Virus record (IMG/VR): IMGVR_UViG_3300028048_000039
Location: 192,001-256,000 of that record
Direction: 5' to 3' (one strand)
From: a virus
Lineage: Duplodnaviria; Caudoviricetes
DNA length: 64,000 nucleotides
Made by a program: the position numbers and the translations under genes. Each line of letters starts with the position of its first letter. Positions within the stretch are counted from its first letter, which is position 1. The notes under the pieces are model-generated. The model saw only the letters and a list, made by a program, of their open reading frames with translations. It did no database searches and was not told the origin of the DNA. This document shows, piece after piece, positions 38,192 through 48,681 of this stretch.

Positions 38192-38398
38192 TTATTTTAT
38201 GCTCTTTAAGCTACCATTCTTTTTACTTATCAATGGTTTATTTGACATTTGGATATTTACCTTACAACTGTCAGTAATGTGTTTAATATAATACCATTGC
38301 GATAATTCTAATAGGTACATTGAACCACCGCAAAATGTAAGCCACGGTGACCTGCTGTCAATGTGTGGGGAATCCAAGTCTTTAAAGTGAAATTTCAT
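38192..38398 (-). CDS. Small hypothetical protein
   Basis: Overlaps the helicase 3' end. Confidence 0.45.
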   Translation of the reverse strand: MKFHFKDLDSPHIDSRSPWLTFCGGSMYLLELSQWYYIKHITDSCKVNIQMSNKPLISKKNGSLKSIK

Positions 38399-39956
38399 CT
38401 TTTATTTCATTTAACTCCTTATATAAATATTTTGAACCAAGAAATGCCGCTGTTGGTTTAATTTCTTCTTCATCAACAAACCTCAATGATGACTTCGGCC
38501 TCGTACACATCACATATTGCAAGTGACGTTCCTCCTCAATCTGCCAAGGAAGCTTCGCCAGCTTGCTAGGAATCAATGACGGGCATACGATATAGACATT
38601 ATCAGCCTCAAGACCCTTTGCCTTATGAATTGTTGAAAGCATAATTCCTTCCTTTTTCTCAGAAAAGACATCATTGATAAATGTCAGCATATCCTGTCTA
38701 GTCTTAATGAATTTAGGAAAGAAATCCAATGTTCTTATGGCATCCAATCCACTAACGATATATTCATTGAACATTGTTTCCTTAGGGTCTGCGCCTTCCT
38801 CAGCATTTAACCTATTCCATTGCTCGATTACAGACTTTTTCATGTTCTTTGAAATTTCTTCAACGGTATCACCCTCAGTGATTAAGATACTGGATTCAAT
38901 TTCCCTCTTAAGGTCCTCACCAACAAAGTACATCTTCTTTCCACTTTCAATTCCTTTCTTATAAACCTGCATAAGCGGTGCTGCGTTTCTACACAATATC
39001 ATATCCCCATCCTTAGCGGTCCTGATGTGGTCGTTGAATACTACCTCGCCATCTGGCGCATTATCCATTGCATGAATATTGCTATTAGTGTATTGCTTTG
39101 CGTATTCAATAATCTTCTTTCCGCAACGATAATTCGTCGTAAGTGTAAGTTCCTGTGCTGGTCGTCTAAATTCAGTTGCATCCGATAAATGTTCAAATAC
39201 TTCGCCATCACTACCACACCACGAGTTTATCATCTGGTCCTTGTCACCAAATGCAAATAACCTCGTCTGCCGTCCAAAACACCTTTTTAGTACATCCTCT
39301 TGGGCTACTGAGACGTCCTGCGCTTCATCAAGCATGATTACATCATAAATGTGTGCCTTTGTAAAGTAGCCAAATTCATATGGAAAGACAAGGAGGTCAA
39401 GGAAATCAACTTTATTTCGGTTCTCCCTTCCCCATTCAAGTATCTTTGCTGCTGAGGCACACTCATCTGCAACTAGGCTAATTCCATACTTCTTGACCGC
39501 CATCTTCCTTATCTCCTTCTCCGTCTGTTTAAGGTTCTGTCTTGCCCTGTCAATTAGAGTTAGGAGGTTTGCCTTATAAATTCTCTTCTTCTCGGTTGAG
39601 AGATTGCTATATTCCTCTGGCGCATCATTCAAGAATATCTTTGTAATGTAATTCTTATACTTATGCTCATCATCAAGTTCAGGTGTAACCCCGAAGTGTT
39701 CGGTGTATAACCTCCAAGCAAGTCCGTGAAGAGTGTAGATGCTTACATTCTTTGCATCACCCATCCTCTCCTTGAGAGTGTCCCTTGTTGACCTATTATG
39801 TGCTACGAGGAGTATCCTCTTGTTCGGGCCTATTCTCTTTGCGCACTCAATAAGTGTAGTTGTCTTTCCAGCACCAGCTACGGCCTGGACAATGAGATTT
39901 TTAATGCCCTTCTCAGCAAATTCAAATATGTCTTTCTGTTCTTGACTATATTCCAT
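38382..39956 (-). CDS. UvrD/Rep-family SF1A helicase
   Basis: AVAGAGKTT, LDEAQD, GDKDQ, LTTNYRC, STIHKAKGLE, YVMCTR. Confidence 0.9.
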   Translation of the reverse strand: MEYSQEQKDIFEFAEKGIKNLIVQAVAGAGKTTTLIECAKRIGPNKRILLVAHNRSTRDTLKERMGDAKNVSIYTLHGLAWRLYTEHFGVTPELDDEHKYKNYITKIFLNDAPEEYSNLSTEKKRIYKANLLTLIDRARQNLKQTEKEIRKMAVKKYGISLVADECASAAKILEWGRENRNKVDFLDLLVFPYEFGYFTKAHIYDVIMLDEAQDVSVAQEDVLKRCFGRQTRLFAFGDKDQMINSWCGSDGEVFEHLSDATEFRRPAQELTLTTNYRCGKKIIEYAKQYTNSNIHAMDNAPDGEVVFNDHIRTAKDGDMILCRNAAPLMQVYKKGIESGKKMYFVGEDLKREIESSILITEGDTVEEISKNMKKSVIEQWNRLNAEEGADPKETMFNEYIVSGLDAIRTLDFFPKFIKTRQDMLTFINDVFSEKKEGIMLSTIHKAKGLEADNVYIVCPSLIPSKLAKLPWQIEEERHLQYVMCTRPKSSLRFVDEEEIKPTAAFLGSKYLYKELNEIKDEISL

Positions 39957-40091
39957 TTTTCACTAATTTTTAGTAATATACAAATAATTTTTGTATTTCG
40001 CAAAAAATCACTCTATTTAATATAAAACCCAGAGTTGATTGAGCACATATAATAAAGAGACAGAGTGCCTTCTCCTTCGTGTGGTTTTTGG

Positions 40092-40113
40092 GGGCGTTTT
40101 TACGCCCTTTTTT
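40092..40113 (+). terminator. Intrinsic terminator
   Basis: GGGCGT-TTTT-ACGCCC followed by a T run. Confidence 0.7.
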
Positions 40114-40153
40114 GTTTAGAGAACTATTTATTGTAAATTAAGAATTTTATAAC

Positions 40154-43100
40154 ATGAAACTTATTATATCAGAAGAACAGGAAAAGCATTTAGCAAAAAA
40201 TATATTATTAATTGAAAATCGTTTCGGAACAGCGAAGAAACGTGTTGCTGCTGTTATTGAACAATATTTTAACAAGGCACCGTGGCTTTATGAAACATAC
40301 CTTTCACAAACTAATCCTCGTGGATTGGACGGTTTAACGTATAAACGTGATGCTTTCCTCAATGACTTTTATCATGATTCAAATAGGAAGGAGTCGTCTG
40401 CTGCAAGATTGGCCCCATTGTTTGCTAGACTTGCATTTGAGGCTGGTTACGGAACGGTAGTAGCTGACGAAACTAAGATTAATAAGCTTAGGATGATTCT
40501 TAAGTATGTCTATGAAAATGCCGAGAGAATTGTACTGAATAAGGCTTTCCCAGAGGAGTCTCTTTACACAATGACCTATGATGAATTAAACAGGACCTAT
40601 GGCGAGGCGGTTGATAGACAAGAAGCCGAGGAAATGGAGAGGCTAAAAAATACCAAGTTTGCTGGTGAGTCAGATTATGAAATTCTTAGAGACGTTGATT
40701 ATAAGACGGCACATGAAATAGGAAACTACTCAAGTGACAAGGGCCGTGGCGCACTCTGCTACACCCAAAGTGATGGGACATGGAAAAGCTACAAGTCAAA
40801 TGATGTAAACAAAGTTTATATACTTTTGAAACCGGGATGGAAAGAAATGGAGCCAGTCCACGATAATGGTTCTACTGGTCCTGATGGCGATGCGTATGAT
40901 GCTTATGGTTTAAGTATGATTTATATCTTCGTTGGCCCGCCAGAGGTTGAGGGAGGGGTTGGTACATTAGCATACTGTAATGTTAGATGGAACCACCTTG
41001 CGACGTATGAAAAGGCCGAGGTGGACCATGCGCTTACAAAGGAACAAATTAGTAGACTTATTCAGGCTAACTTTGATAGCGTGTTTACGCCATATACAAC
41101 TGAAGAATTGGTTGCCAAGGGCTATGAACCAATTGACGAAGAAAAAATAATTAATGCTATAAAAGACGGGACAAAGAACACACATCGAGTTGGTGGTAGT
41201 GACTTATATACTGTCAGTGCCAGAAACCATAAAGAAAATATATATGATAGCAGAACGGATACCTTTGTTCTAAAGATGTGGGTTTATAGTATAAACAGTA
41301 TTAGTCTAGGCGAATCTGGTCAAAAATACATTCATATTGTCACGGATTCTAACAAGAGAAACCTCGTCGACACTAAGGGTAACTTACTATTTGGAAATCC
41401 TATTGACCCTGATGCATGGCCTATTCACATACAGACCCCGTATGGCTCCTCTACTAGTAATCTTATTCAGGTAATATATAGGTTAGGAGACCATGTTAAA
41501 TTTAATGTATTTAATCTTGGTACCAATTCTTTCTTATTTAGCCAAAAGAACGGAATGTTATTGCCAGATGAAGTAGCAATTAAGAACAACGGTTATGTAA
41601 CATACATATTAAAAACCGAAGACGGCATGAAACTTGGCGCTGTGGACATAAATGGTGAAGAAGTTGAAGTTGATACTGACTTTATCATGGATAATTCGAA
41701 AGAAATTGGTCGTGACGGTAACCTCATTGCTGTTAGATATGCTGGAGTATCTAATATTTTTGACAATAGTGAAGGACGTTTCTACTTTGATACTTGGGTT
41801 AATAATGTAAGCTTGTTTGATAAAAGTGACTTAGGTGAAACCTGTTATGTAATAACAGAAGCGGTTGGTGATAGAAATCGCCATAATTTAGGTTTCGTTG
41901 GTGGAAGAACATTATTCCCGATGGATGATAAGAGTGTTTGGGCTGATGGTTATGGGCGTTTATACGGAAGGAATGTAATAGCATTTTACTTTAGGGATGG
42001 AGCAGAAGAAGGTTATTGGAACCATGAAAATGGTTTCAAGATGTTAAGGGATATAGCAGATAATGTAGAAGAATTGAAATACTATTATCATGACGCATTT
42101 GTTTATGAACAGACTCCGAATTTATTGATATTAACGGAAGGAGATAATTCGTATAAGATTTTTAACAAGACCACTAAGACGACCTTTGAACGTGGAAGAT
42201 GGTTTGACATTGTAAGACCATTCAAACATAACGAAAATTATCTTTGGGCCGCTGATTGTGATAATTATGGGCATTTCATTGACAATGATATGAATTCTGT
42301 CTTTGGTAGTTACGTCTGGATAGATGATACTAGGACATTACAAGGCTTTACTCATGCAGTAAATGATAGTCCAGAAAATGATTTACACATATTAGTTGAT
42401 TATAACTTTAAACCTTTATTCGGAAAAGTAGATAATCAAAGAACTTGGTCAACTACTTTTAAAAAGTACAATGATTATACCGTCGTGATAGAGGTGGATA
42501 GTAAGTTTAATGTAATTTACGGTGGTAGGAAACTCTTATTTGGCGATGTTGATAATATAGATAATTGGGCAACCAGCGTATCTTTATTCAATGGTGCTCA
42601 GGAAGTTAGTGCTACTTTCGAGAATGGTCAGCATAAAGTATATAATTTATCTAGTGGTAGTCAGTATGATGTTAATAAAGAGTCATTGACAAATAGATTT
42701 AACGTTTTGAAAACACTTAATGATGGTAGGTTTTCTATAATATCATTAAAAAATGACCCTAAGGCGGTTAATATATATGATGCAGAAAATAACAGGATGG
42801 CATTAGATACATTTTTCACAAAGGCATTCTTGAAATTTGCTGGAAATGGTGTAATTGTCTTACTGTCTGAAGGTGAGGAAGGGGGTAGTTTTTATAGTAT
42901 GTACAACTTGAATGCCAATAAATTATATGCTACTCAGGGAATTAAGAAGTTCAAAAGGGTTGTTGGCGGAAATAATTGCTTAATTGTGTTCATAACGGAG
43001 AATCCTAGATACACATCCTTTAACGTCATTGACTTTAGGAGGGGACCAGAGTTTTTCTTGGATTATCCATTAACTATCAATGGGCAGTCAGCATATTACA

Positions 43101-44203
43101 AATCAAAGAATGAGTTAGGCTTCAATCTATGGCGAAACAGTACTAAATATAAATATATTTTCAGTTTAACCGAAGGTATAAAAGAACTCAACGGGTCAAC
43201 ACCGCAGAACACCGACGATGATGAGCCAGAACCACTATTTGAAGGGAAGAAGCTCGTAATTTCTAAGGACCAGGAAAATTATCTCATTGATAAGTTAAAT
43301 GAAGAGGTTTATCAAATGCCGGTTCCTAAGAAGGCAAATAAGCCTTATTGCATAAATCCTGAGAAAGTGCTGATTGTTAAGAAGTTCCTTGATAATACAT
43401 TTACGAAACATGATTATGAGAAGATAGGTCCTAATGGGCTTCCAACTATAATTAAGATTGTTTCAATGAACGCAAGCAATGGTGAGCCATTGAAGTATAT
43501 GTATCAGGACCAGCTCTTAGACCTCTTAATTGACAAGTTCCAGAAGATGTTTCTAGATGTTGATGAAAGACAAAGCTTCCTCCAGCAAGTGATGAATGAT
43601 TGGTTTGGGGACAAGATAAGCGCTTATGGCGGTCTTTCAGTTAATAGCCTCAATGAAATAACCTCAAAGGAAGTTACGGATGAGGCTAATAACGCTAATG
43701 TAGAACCAACCGACCCTCAATTAGAAGCAGGAAACTACAAGAAAGGACACATCTCTATCAAAGGAATGAGGATTGCGATAGAAAACCCAAAGGGGAGTAA
43801 GAGAAGCTATGTAGATAAAGATGGTAAGAGGAAATATAATGTAATGAAGAACCATTATGGCTACTTTAATGTGACAAAGGGAAAAGACGGTGATGCAGTT
43901 GATGTATTCCTTGGTCCAAATGTCGAGGATTTTGAGACGGTTTATTGCATTGACCAAAAGAATTTCCACGGTGACTTTGATGAAACAAAGGTAATGCTTG
44001 GTTTCAAGTCAAAAGAAGCCGCTAAGAAGGCTTACTTGAGGAATTATAGCCCAGATTGGAGAGGTTTTATGTATATTACTGCGGTTTCAATACCAGTATT
44101 TAAGAAGTGGCTCTACAGGGGAAGGAAGCAGAGAATCCCATTTGCTAAGTATGTAGAGATTAAGAAGAATAAGATAAGGGAAATTAATAAGGCAGTTAAG
44201 TAA
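40154..44203 (+). CDS. Polyvalent virion protein: Cys/RWNH domain, beta-repeat region, C-terminal InPase-like domain
   Basis: LCYTQ, DAYGLSMI, VRWNH; C-terminal PT..QLEAGNYKKGH...IENPKGS.R...HYGY...DGDAVDVFLGP...FDETKVMLGF matches the inorganic-pyrophosphatase-like domain of polyvalent proteins. Confidence 0.8.
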   Translation: MKLIISEEQEKHLAKNILLIENRFGTAKKRVAAVIEQYFNKAPWLYETYLSQTNPRGLDGLTYKRDAFLNDFYHDSNRKESSAARLAPLFARLAFEAGYGTVVADETKINKLRMILKYVYENAERIVLNKAFPEESLYTMTYDELNRTYGEAVDRQEAEEMERLKNTKFAGESDYEILRDVDYKTAHEIGNYSSDKGRGALCYTQSDGTWKSYKSNDVNKVYILLKPGWKEMEPVHDNGSTGPDGDAYDAYGLSMIYIFVGPPEVEGGVGTLAYCNVRWNHLATYEKAEVDHALTKEQISRLIQANFDSVFTPYTTEELVAKGYEPIDEEKIINAIKDGTKNTHRVGGSDLYTVSARNHKENIYDSRTDTFVLKMWVYSINSISLGESGQKYIHIVTDSNKRNLVDTKGNLLFGNPIDPDAWPIHIQTPYGSSTSNLIQVIYRLGDHVKFNVFNLGTNSFLFSQKNGMLLPDEVAIKNNGYVTYILKTEDGMKLGAVDINGEEVEVDTDFIMDNSKEIGRDGNLIAVRYAGVSNIFDNSEGRFYFDTWVNNVSLFDKSDLGETCYVITEAVGDRNRHNLGFVGGRTLFPMDDKSVWADGYGRLYGRNVIAFYFRDGAEEGYWNHENGFKMLRDIADNVEELKYYYHDAFVYEQTPNLLILTEGDNSYKIFNKTTKTTFERGRWFDIVRPFKHNENYLWAADCDNYGHFIDNDMNSVFGSYVWIDDTRTLQGFTHAVNDSPENDLHILVDYNFKPLFGKVDNQRTWSTTFKKYNDYTVVIEVDSKFNVIYGGRKLLFGDVDNIDNWATSVSLFNGAQEVSATFENGQHKVYNLSSGSQYDVNKESLTNRFNVLKTLNDGRFSIISLKNDPKAVNIYDAENNRMALDTFFTKAFLKFAGNGVIVLLSEGEEGGSFYSMYNLNANKLYATQGIKKFKRVVGGNNCLIVFITENPRYTSFNVIDFRRGPEFFLDYPLTINGQSAYYKSKNELGFNLWRNSTKYKYIFSLTEGIKELNGSTPQNTDDDEPEPLFEGKKLVISKDQENYLIDKLNEEVYQMPVPKKANKPYCINPEKVLIVKKFLDNTFTKHDYEKIGPNGLPTIIKIVSMNASNGEPLKYMYQDQLLDLLIDKFQKMFLDVDERQSFLQQVMNDWFGDKISAYGGLSVNSLNEITSKEVTDEANNANVEPTDPQLEAGNYKKGHISIKGMRIAIENPKGSKRSYVDKDGKRKYNVMKNHYGYFNVTKGKDGDAVDVFLGPNVEDFETVYCIDQKNFHGDFDETKVMLGFKSKEAAKKAYLRNYSPDWRGFMYITAVSIPVFKKWLYRGRKQRIPFAKYVEIKKNKIREINKAVK

Positions 44204-44205
44204 AT

Positions 44206-45021
44206 ATGACACAAAAGAAGCAACAGCAGAAAGACATGATACCAACCGAAGAGTGGATTAGTGCAGTATATGATTTCTTCAATGAAAAATATTTTAATGG
44301 AGAGTTAAGGTTCCCCCTATTCTATGCGGAAAAGAATTGTGTGTGGCAAGGGCAGGAAGCTTTTGGTTATTTTAAACCATATATTGAGTTTAATAATATT
44401 ACAGGAAGGGTTACGTGTGTTAAATCACCAGTTGGAAAGCTGGTATTGTCAACTAAATATGCTCGGCCAGTGAAGGCTGTTCAGGAAACGCTTCTACATG
44501 AAATGATACATGTATATGTTAACACGGTATTAAAAATAGTACCAAGGAATCCACATGGAAAGGCATTTATGGAGAAGGCAAAAGAAATAAATGCAGATGG
44601 CTGGAATATAACTGAACAGTCCGAAAGGCTTGATACTGACAGATTAGCTGGTGATGATGAACAGGGGGTAACAGATTTTGTTGGCGCCGAGGATGCTGTA
44701 TGCATTTATTATCAATATAATAATAAATGGTATTTTATAAAAGTTGATGCTAACGATACTAACTTTTCTGAAAGAAACTTAAAGGCCCATGGTGCTAAGT
44801 TTGTGAATATACTAAAGTTAAACCATGGCGGCCTGGATTTCTTTCCAACATCAACAGCACAAAACATAATTGGACTTGAAGCTAATGTGGTTAAAGACAA
44901 CGCCAATGACCTAGCTCCGATTAAACAATGCCTTAGAAATTTTCTTGGTAGTACAGAAACAGAAATAGAAGCTGGTTATAAAATTCGTAAAGCTAGACCA
45001 ACAAGACAGCCACAAAACTAA
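44206..45021 (+). CDS. SprT-like zinc metalloprotease
   Basis: FNEKYFNGEL, TLLHEMIH, HGKAF. Confidence 0.85.
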   Translation: MTQKKQQQKDMIPTEEWISAVYDFFNEKYFNGELRFPLFYAEKNCVWQGQEAFGYFKPYIEFNNITGRVTCVKSPVGKLVLSTKYARPVKAVQETLLHEMIHVYVNTVLKIVPRNPHGKAFMEKAKEINADGWNITEQSERLDTDRLAGDDEQGVTDFVGAEDAVCIYYQYNNKWYFIKVDANDTNFSERNLKAHGAKFVNILKLNHGGLDFFPTSTAQNIIGLEANVVKDNANDLAPIKQCLRNFLGSTETEIEAGYKIRKARPTRQPQN

Positions 45022-45056
45022 TGAAAAAGCCACAATCACTTGTGGCTTCTTCTTTT

Positions 45057-47807
45057 TTATCTTACAACAACGTGTTTCATCTTTTTGTCGGTTGTTGCCT
45101 TGAATTTATAACCATTGTCATAATCCTTTTCAAGGAGTAAGTCGGTTATTGTATCTTCGATGTTCTCCTGAATTGCTCTCATAATTGGTCTTGCTCCAAA
45201 TTCCTTTTGTTCTGTTACTATATTGAATAGGAAATCAACCACCTTATCATCATAAGAACATTTATAGCCAATGCCACCAAGATTCTTGATAAACTTATCC
45301 AATTCAAGTCTTATGATTTGCTTGAGGTTATCATCAGAAAGACTGTTAAAATAGATGATATTATCAAGTCTATTTAAGAATTCTGGTGGAAACTTGCCCT
45401 TAAGCTGTTTCATGAGTATTTTCTTTGAATTCTTGCCTTCATCCTCAGAGAAACCAATGCCCTTTGAGAATTCGGTTGCTGCCTTTGTACCGATGTTAGA
45501 AGTAAAGAGAACAATCACATTCTTAAAATCAACCCTCATTCCTGAATTATCTGACAAGAAACCCTCATCAAGCACTTGAAGGAAAATGTTATAGACCTCA
45601 GGGTCTGCCTTCTCAATTTCGTCAAGCAAGAGGACGCAGTGTTTCTTATTCTTAATTGTTTCAGTAAGCTGACCACCTTCCTCATAACCTACATATCCTG
45701 GGTTTGAACCAATCAGCTTATTGACTGATACCTTATCAGAATATTCAGACATGTCAAAACGGACAAGATTATTTTCGTCGCCAAAGAGTTCTTTCGCAAG
45801 TTTCTTAGCAATGAGGGTCTTTCCAACACCACTCTTGCCAATCATTATCGCACTATACATGCAACCACCCTTATGAAGTCCAATTCTATTCCTCTTTAAT
45901 GCCTTGCATATCGTGTCAATAGCTTCATCCTGACCAATTACCTCGGATTTAAGCCTATCATTCATAGTAACAAGTCGTTCCTTATCATCAGACGTCAAAT
46001 TATTTACTGGTATTCCTGTCTTAATTGACACAATGTTGAGGATGTCGTCCTTTGTAATGTGTGGTGGGTTCTTCTTCCTGTCAGAAGCATCTTTCTTCTT
46101 GATGCTGTTATACTCCTTCTTGAGCGCTTTCTCATTTTCCATGAGTTCATCCACCTTATCATACTCTTTCTCAACCTTAGCTTTCTCAATATCCTTCTCA
46201 ACATTAACAATTTCACTTCTCTTCTTCTTCAATGCGTCGCTTTCCCACATTGTACCAATCATGGCGCCTATTTCATCAAGAATATCAATTGCTGAGTCTG
46301 GGAGATTTCTCTCCTTAATATACCTGTCAGCTAGATATACGCAAGCATCAACGGCTTCATCGTCATACTTTACTACGTGGAAATCTTCATATGACGCCTT
46401 TAATGCTCTCAAGATTTCAAGGCTCTCATTGACGGTTGGTGCTTCTACTACTATCTTCTGGAAACGTCTTGCGAGGCTAGGGTCCTTATCAAATGTCTTC
46501 CTGTATGATGCAAAGTCAGATGTACCAATTACCTGTATTTCCCCACTTTCAAGTGCTCGTGACAACATTGCAGAAATTTCATAATCATTCTTCCCCTTAT
46601 CAGCAAGCATGGCACCAATGTTATCCATAAAGAGAATATAGTTCTTGTCAGCTTTCACTTCATCAAGCACACCCTTAACTCTTTCCTCGAACATGCCTCT
46701 GAGTGTTGTTCCTGCCATGAGAGCAGTCATATCAAGGGAAACCAATACCTTGTTTGAGAGGAATTCCGGTACTTCCTTGTTGATTATCTTATTTGCAAGC
46801 GCCTCAGCGATGGCTGTCTTTCCAACACCTTCTCCACCAACAAGTATCATATTATTCTTCTTTTTCCTGCCGAGGATTCTTATAATCTCATTGGTTTCCT
46901 TTTCCCTCCCAACAAGCGGCTCAATCTTACCTTGTTCAGCAAGTTCGTTAAGATTAACACAATATTGTGATATAAACTTAGACCTTCCACCATGCTTTGG
47001 CCTGCCTGGGTCATTGACATCTATGCTACCATCAAATATGCCTGAGAGGAAATCTTCAGCGCTCTTCTTATCCTTGAAATTAAAGACTCTCGCCCTTGTC
47101 TTTCCCAGACCATCAATATTAATCTCTCCATTTGGAACTCTATCCATTGATTCGTATGGCCTCCAAGCACCAACATTGTTCTCTACTGTCCAGCTAAATA
47201 ACATATTTTCGCTTAATACAAGCCCGCTTTCTCCGACATTTCCGGTTGGTCTGCTCTTGATTAAGTCATCTAGAGTGTCAAAAATTCCAATGAATGCACG
47301 TAATGTTTGCTTCTTAGCATTACTCTCAATTTTATCATTTCCGTCAGAAAGCATCTTACTCCTTAATATATTATATGTAATACCAGCCTTGTTAAATGCT
47401 TTTTTTACTTTGTTATTGTCCTCATTATTGTTAAGGATAGCCAAGAAAACATGCTCGGTGGTGATTTCGTCACTTCCCATATCCTTGGCAATATCTTCGG
47501 AGTCGATGAACATCTTTGCTAACTTTCCATCAATGGTTGGTATCCTGTTCGCCTTTACAGCAGTAAGTGCCTTAGATGACACAGTGCTATACCACGTCGA
47601 ATAAAATTGGTCAATCGTCGTTGAAAGCATGGACATATTCAATCTCCTGAATATATTCGATTTTCTCTCAACAAAGATACCAAGTATAAAATAATCAATG
47701 TCAATGTTCAATGTAGGAAGTTCCTTTGAAAGGTTTTCCCTGATAAATGTCATTAAGTTATTAAATTCATTTGAAAACGCTAATTTCTTTTCCTCTTGCT
47801 GTTCCAT
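45057..47807 (-). CDS. clpC: ClpC/ClpA-like AAA+ unfoldase
   Basis: Clp N-domain (EHVFLAIL), GVGKT in both NBDs, LPDSAIDILDE, short M-domain, PGYVGYEEGG, IGF loop, FGARP. Confidence 0.85.
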   Translation of the reverse strand: MEQQEEKKLAFSNEFNNLMTFIRENLSKELPTLNIDIDYFILGIFVERKSNIFRRLNMSMLSTTIDQFYSTWYSTVSSKALTAVKANRIPTIDGKLAKMFIDSEDIAKDMGSDEITTEHVFLAILNNNEDNNKVKKAFNKAGITYNILRSKMLSDGNDKIESNAKKQTLRAFIGIFDTLDDLIKSRPTGNVGESGLVLSENMLFSWTVENNVGAWRPYESMDRVPNGEINIDGLGKTRARVFNFKDKKSAEDFLSGIFDGSIDVNDPGRPKHGGRSKFISQYCVNLNELAEQGKIEPLVGREKETNEIIRILGRKKKNNMILVGGEGVGKTAIAEALANKIINKEVPEFLSNKVLVSLDMTALMAGTTLRGMFEERVKGVLDEVKADKNYILFMDNIGAMLADKGKNDYEISAMLSRALESGEIQVIGTSDFASYRKTFDKDPSLARRFQKIVVEAPTVNESLEILRALKASYEDFHVVKYDDEAVDACVYLADRYIKERNLPDSAIDILDEIGAMIGTMWESDALKKKRSEIVNVEKDIEKAKVEKEYDKVDELMENEKALKKEYNSIKKKDASDRKKNPPHITKDDILNIVSIKTGIPVNNLTSDDKERLVTMNDRLKSEVIGQDEAIDTICKALKRNRIGLHKGGCMYSAIMIGKSGVGKTLIAKKLAKELFGDENNLVRFDMSEYSDKVSVNKLIGSNPGYVGYEEGGQLTETIKNKKHCVLLLDEIEKADPEVYNIFLQVLDEGFLSDNSGMRVDFKNVIVLFTSNIGTKAATEFSKGIGFSEDEGKNSKKILMKQLKGKFPPEFLNRLDNIIYFNSLSDDNLKQIIRLELDKFIKNLGGIGYKCSYDDKVVDFLFNIVTEQKEFGARPIMRAIQENIEDTITDLLLEKDYDNGYKFKATTDKKMKHVVVR

Positions 47808-47910
47808 TCTTCTCTATTTTTATACAAATATACGAAAATTTTTCGATTTTTCCAAAATAAGGCTTGACAATCTTCTCCAATACATTTATTTTTTAATAAA
47901 TCAGTTTATT

Positions 47911-48627
47911 ATGGTACTTAAGAAGATTTATGACGAGGAAACCAAGACCCAGAAGGTTTGGTATGACTCCTCAATGATAGTTTATTCTGAAATGGTAGAA
48001 GATGCTAACGAAAATGTTGGTGACCTCTATATTGTCTTTAAAAATGGAAGCAAATATAAGTATTCTAAGGTAAAATTTGAAGATTATCTCATCTTCATTG
48101 GTGGTGGAACCGATGCATCACAAGGAAAGGCGCTTAATAAGGTTATTAAGGGAAAGTATGAGTACGAAAACGTTGGTACTGCTGACCTGGTTAAGATAAT
48201 GGCTGAATTGCAGGAAGCTAACAATGAGGCGGACAAGATAAAGGACACGTATTTCATATCTGGGCATAGGGATATTACTGAGAACGAGTTTGAGTACAAT
48301 TATAAACCAGTCTTGGAAGCATTGGCTTCATTGGACGTATATTTCGTCATTGGCGACTATCACGGCGCTGACATTATGGCGCAAAATTACCTCTTAGACG
48401 TGCTTCAGGTGGCCCCTGAGAGGGTTACTGTCTATCATATGCTGGAAGAACCGAAGAATAAGAACCCTAAGGTGGTTAATCTCGTTGGTGGTTTCAAGAC
48501 TGACGATGAACGTGATGAAGCAATGACCGCAAATTCCACCTATGATATTGCATTTGTTAGGAATATTAAGGAAAATTCCGGAACGGCACAAAACATACTA
48601 AGGCGCCACATTCTCAAAACTTTCTAA
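47911..48627 (+). CDS. KTSC + SLOG (YspA-like) fusion protein
   Basis: Start at ATG 47911; SSMI...LYIVFKNGSKYKY...SQGKALNKVIK (KTSC); ISGHR, GDYHGAD, RDEAM, SGTAQNI (SLOG). Confidence 0.75.
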   Translation: MVLKKIYDEETKTQKVWYDSSMIVYSEMVEDANENVGDLYIVFKNGSKYKYSKVKFEDYLIFIGGGTDASQGKALNKVIKGKYEYENVGTADLVKIMAELQEANNEADKIKDTYFISGHRDITENEFEYNYKPVLEALASLDVYFVIGDYHGADIMAQNYLLDVLQVAPERVTVYHMLEEPKNKNPKVVNLVGGFKTDDERDEAMTANSTYDIAFVRNIKENSGTAQNILRRHILKTF

Positions 48628-48681
48628 TTTTTGGTACTATTTATTGTTAAATAAAAATAACGATAAATATATCAAATAATC

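Noticed and set aside
40050-40095. HDV-like/theta ribozyme suggested by CTCCTTCGTGTGG
   Set aside because: Could not build P1, P2 and P3 pairings in the required order
36642-47807. AAA ATPase or ClpC as the sigma54 activator
   Set aside because: Neither has a GAFTGA loop or a C-terminal HTH
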